Below, piece by piece: positions 34,085 through 38,171 of a DNA stretch of 38,171 nucleotides. Source of the stretch: Octopus bimaculoides (lineage: Eukaryota); NCBI RefSeq assembly GCF_001194135.2, contig NC_068987.1:9841770-9879940 (forward strand). The letters run 5' to 3'. A model generated the notes under the pieces. The model was not told the DNA's origin, searched no databases, and saw only the letters and a list, made by a program, of their open reading frames with translations. Each line of letters starts with the position of its first letter. Within the stretch, counting starts at the first letter, position 1. The translations under genes and the position numbers were made by a program.

Positions 34085-34225
34085 AGGCGCACGCATGCCT
34101 ATGTGGTAAGAAGTCTTCTTCTCAGCTATGTGTTTCGGGATCATTCCAATTGCGAGGCACTTGACAGATGTCTTCTACTATAGCCCCGGTCGACTAAACC
34201 TTGTTTAGAAATTTCTTAGACGGGT
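34085..34225 (+). mobile_element. Diverged SINE family D 5' fragment
   Basis: atgtggtaagaagtc..gtcttctactatagccccggtcgactaaacc. Confidence 0.7.
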
Positions 34226-34492
34226 ACTGAACTACCTAGGTTGCAGGAATCGATTTTTTTTTGCTAGGTAGTTAATAGCGCTGTATATAATTGTCCCATA
34301 TTTATTTTTGAATGAGGTAGTTGAATTATTTGAATTTATTGCGTACTAACCATGGAGGTGACTATCGTAGCTATGAACAATATGTTTTGTTCTCATCTAG
34401 AACTCTTGAGGCCAGTGACTCGGTTTCCATGGCGTATTACTGACCGAGATCACAAAATACAAACTGAATGGGATACAGGTCTGTTCCAGAGT

Positions 34493-34625
34493 TCAAGGCC
34501 TTTATTTTTCTAGGAGGGGGAACAATTGCTTTACATCGACACCAGTTCTCGACTGATGCTTTATTTCATCGACCCCGATAAGAGGAAAAACCAGGTTGAA
34601 CTCGGCGGGATTTTGAACTCAGAAG
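34493..34625 (-). mobile_element. Diverged SINE family A fragment
   Basis: caaggcc..ggagggg..tttatttcatcgaccccg..gaactcggcgggattttgaactcagaa. Confidence 0.7.
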
Positions 34626-34834
34626 AACATATGTATGTGTGCGTGCATGCTGTGTATGTGTACGTCTGTGTGCATTCAGATATCTGTGTCTGACTTTGTG
34701 TGAGTTTGTGTGACATACACACACGCACATATGCGCGCCCGCACCGGCATATAATTATTTCTTAATTTCATCGACTCAAGTCAACCAATGTAAGCAGGTA
34801 TAATGATATAACTTCGATCGGTTAAACATATACA

Positions 34835-34874
<40 letters not shown>

Positions 34875-35322
34875 GAAGATATCATCCTGATTCAGAGATA
34901 AAAATATTGTATTGATCAAACGACGAACTACCTCCATATAAATATTGGTTATTTTCTATAGTTCGCTGGTTAACTATTGACATTCTGCATGAAACGGTGG
35001 GTTACAAAATGTCGATAAATCTAAATCAAATAATAAGAAACAGAGAAATATAAACAAAAATTAAATAAACATTTTCTTATTGCAATATGGACGTCAAAGG
35101 ATGTGATTAACAACTCGCAACCAAAATGTCTACTTTTAATGCGAGTCAAAAAACTGTGCTCTCAGATTTCGAGGTTTGATTACATCTCAGCAAAAGCCTG
35201 GAGTAGATAATTGATTTGGCGTTGATAGACACCACTGATAGGAATGTGGCTCAAACCAATATTTGGAAGTCTGATTCGTGACACTTAAATCCTAATAAAA
35301 GGCTGATTTTACTTTTATAGAT

Positions 35323-35710
35323 TGTTGTTGGCACTCCGTCGCTTACGACGTCGAGGGTTCCAGTTGATCCTATCAACGGAACAGCCTGCTCGTGAAATTA
35401 ACGTGCAAGTAGCTGAGCACTCCACAGACACGACGTGTAACCTTAACGTAGTTCTCGGGGATATTCAGCGTGACACAGTGTGACAAGGCTGACCCTTTGA
35501 ATTACAGACACAACAGAAATAGGAAGTAAGAGTGAGAGAAAGTTGTGGTGAAAGAGTACAGCAGGGTTCGCCACCATCCCCTGCCGGAGCCTCGTGGAAC
35601 TTTAGGTGTTTTCGCTCAATAAACACTCACAAAGCCCGGTCTGGGAGTCGAAACTGCGATCCTATGACCGCGAGTCCGCTGCCCTAACCACTGGGCCATT
35701 GCGCCTCCAC
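35323..35710 (-). mobile_element. Full-length SINE family B copy with a 12 bp target-site duplication
   Basis: It is near-identical to 10682-11070. The flanks are acttttatagat (35311-35322) and actttaatagat (35711-35722), 11/12 match, and the tail is (caa)n-like. Confidence 0.93.
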
Positions 35711-36639
35711 ACTTTAATAGATAAAACAGCACAAAAGCAAAGAAAGAAATAAAAGATGGATATTTGGATAACTTGAAGGTTACAACAGGTAGATAAAAAT
35801 TCGAAAAGCGATGGACAAACTATAATCAAACACACACACGCAAAATTAGCAAAGTTGTGTACAGTGTACGCCGAAAACAGAAAAAGGAAAATAAGTAGAC
35901 TGATGTTTCAGGGAGACCCTTTATCAAAGTACAGTAAGGACTAGGGTAAAAGGGACATAGAAAGAAAGGATAACTGTTTGAAGCACTTGTGTATCTTTTG
36001 GATATATGCAGTATGTGTGTTTGATCGTTAGGACAGAGAATATCACAAATCCCCAAATTTGTAGAAAAGAAAAATTGTTGAAGAGCATTGATTCTTGTAT
36101 ACGATAGGTTTGCATTTTATTCATGCAGAAGTGATGAAATATAAATTCGATCTCGGGTGAATTAGAAATGAAAAATAAAAGAACGTAAGTTTATGCATGT
36201 AATCCCCGAGCCACATGTCTCTTCATTTCTCGCCACCATGTTACCTTCGACTCACACTGAAATTGCATTTACCATTATTCAGGAATATTCTCCCTATTCA
36301 TTTCTTTCCTGTAGGTTTCTTACTGCAACGATCTAACAGGAATATTAATGGCCCTAAACTGCACCAGTCTCGGAGGGCCTACGAATATCATGCAAATAAA
36401 ACATATCACTGACGAACGAGCCCTAGCATTTACGCAATGCTCTATAATAAGTAACGAAGGTGGTCAAAGCTTGAATGTCAGACAAACGAGGAAAACTGAA
36501 CAGGGGGTTACAGGCTACTGGTCATTAGGGTCTGACTAGATATATGTAAAACTAAGCGCTTTACGAACACGAGACCCTATGAAATCTACTGCTCTATAAT
36601 TTAGGGTGTGCTTCTCTTTCAGATTTATGATTTACTGAT

Positions 36640-36640
36640 G

Positions 36641-36712
<72 letters not shown>

Positions 36713-36872
36713 GCTTCTTTCAGTATCTGTCTACCAAATCCACTTACAAGTCTTTGGTCGGCCCGAGGCTATAATAGAAGGCGCTCACTCAAGGTTCCAT
36801 GCAATGGGACTTAATTCGAGACTGTGTTAGGGAAGTAAGCTTCTTACCAGAATGCCACGCATGTGCCTATAA
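36640..36872 (-). mobile_element. SINE family D 5' part with an internal (ATAG)n expansion (36640-36710)
   Basis: ttctttcagtatctgtctaccaaatccac..ggtcggcccgaggctata..aagcttcttacca is the reverse complement of the D head. The (TATC)n lies at the internal microsatellite position. Confidence 0.8.
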
Positions 36873-37316
36873 AAATGTTGAAAGAAGAAACGTGATGCAA
36901 CTGTACATTTCAACGGAATTTAAAAGAAAGGCATATGCTTTACGCGTGTTTTTGAACCTCTAAAAAGTAAAAATAATATAAAATTTTTGACGTCCACTCA
37001 ATTTTTACGTAAATAAACAAAATTTCAAAACTATGTCTGCGATATTAAAGAGTTGCAGTTACAGAAGCAGCATTAAATTAAAATAGCTATCAATTTATTA
37101 GATCTGACGTATATACATCGTCGACAAGCAAGTTACTGCGGTACTTATCTGAGACAATATCTGTTATGGACGTGCATACATAAATCGGAACAAGACGAAA
37201 AGTTGTCCCAGTAGTGGCTAGCGAAAACACCAGATGTATAGCACGTCCATCAGAAACAGTTGTTAACGACAGTATGTGACCAAACATAAGTGCAAAATAT
37301 CTCATACTTAAGTAAC

Positions 37317-37600
37317 TGCCACTCCGTCGGTTACGATGAGGAGAATTCCAGCCGATCGTATCAAAGGATATTAACGTACAAGCGGCTGAGCATTCCACAG
37401 ACATGCATGCCTTTTCGTAGTTCACAGAGAGATTTCAGGCTGACACAGAATGTGATAAGACTGGCCTTTGATGTACAAGTACGACACAGTTTTGTTTGCT
37501 GACTGGAGTGTAGCAATGTGAAATAAAATGTCTTACTCAAGGACACAACGCGTCGCCAGGTATTGAACTCGTGACTTTATGATCATGAGCCGAATACCCT
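37317..37600 (-). mobile_element. Diverged chimeric SINE: family C head/central domain plus family B 3' half
   Basis: 37317-37490 aligns to the B tail (ccactccgtcggttacga, ttaacgtacaagcggctgagca.tccacagaca, gctgacacagaatgtgataag). 37500-37600 aligns to C (gtgaaataaaatgtcttactcaaggacacaacg..gaactcg). Confidence 0.75.
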
Positions 37601-38074
37601 ACGAAGTACATACATAAAGTCGCAGCCATATGCAAAGAGAAGTGCTGAGAATATTTAGTAGGAAAGAAAGTATCTACTATTCTTAGATTAACCGAAGACA
37701 TAAGATCTGATGGAAATTACTTGGAACTGAATGCAATCCATCAAAGACAAAAAAGGCCTGGGGCTTGTACTGAGTTACGTTACGGATTACGTATTTACAG
37801 AATTTGCCTCAAAATACGATGACTCTCAAAGTTCAAAACACAAAATTAATAGTTCATCTGATACTATTGTTGCAGCATGAAATTTTCCATCACTTTACGT
37901 GAATAGAACAGTTTTTGACACAATTGTAACAGTCTGAAAGAATACCGTAGTGAGAGCGCAGATGAGACGGAGGTTGGCCAAGTGATATCGCATAATGTAC
38001 TATTAGATAAAATGTATTGATATTCGAAGCCTGACAAAAGTGTATTCAGAGTTTCAATACATATACACACTTAA

Positions 38075-38171
38075 ACCCATACATACATACATACATACAT
38101 ACATACATACATACATACATACAGACAAATATATATGCGTATATATGCATCTATATCTGCATATGTATATA
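38075..38171. repeat. (TACA)n/(TA)n microsatellite
   Basis: Direct reading. Confidence 0.9.

Noticed and set aside
37800-37880. Possible short terminal exon (FASKYDDSQSSKHKINSSSDTIVAA*) after tatttacAG
   Set aside because: The pyrimidine tract is weak and the frame is short enough to arise by chance.
36-38070. Most ORFs in the six-frame track (HTYI/VCMY/YIYI repeats, poly-L/V/S, long X runs)
   Set aside because: They are translations of microsatellites, N gaps or SINE sequence, with no protein-like content.

Overview
This is AT-rich eukaryotic non-coding DNA (intronic or intergenic) from a gapped draft assembly with nine N-runs (about 2.6 kb). It is dense in microsatellites and tRNA-derived SINEs. 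From memory of the repeat families it looks like an octopus/coleoid cephalopod genome, but this was not checked. I found no intact host protein-coding gene, rRNA, true tRNA gene or CRISPR array. Almost every ORF in the supplied track comes from microsatellites, N-gaps or SINE sequence. Supported features are: four locally defined SINE families (A-D, roughly 30 copies or fragments); a decayed RTE-clade LINE 3' end (1344-1790, -); a decayed R4/Dong-like LINE C-terminus with a restriction-like endonuclease (22680-23280, -); a decayed Tc1/mariner transposase of probable rosa/DD41D type (24326-25330, +); and a 325 bp hAT-type MITE nested in a SINE (11818-12142). The most interesting signals concern mobile-element biology. 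These are SINE module and tail swapping, SINEs inserted in (TACA)n arrays, one SINE family that seeds different microsatellites at the same internal site, closely spaced inverted SINE pairs that could form dsRNA, a local duplication and a degenerate ~200 bp tandem repeat. A few isolated exon-like segments are flagged at low confidence. I cannot support a claim of a wholly new biological system from this window alone.
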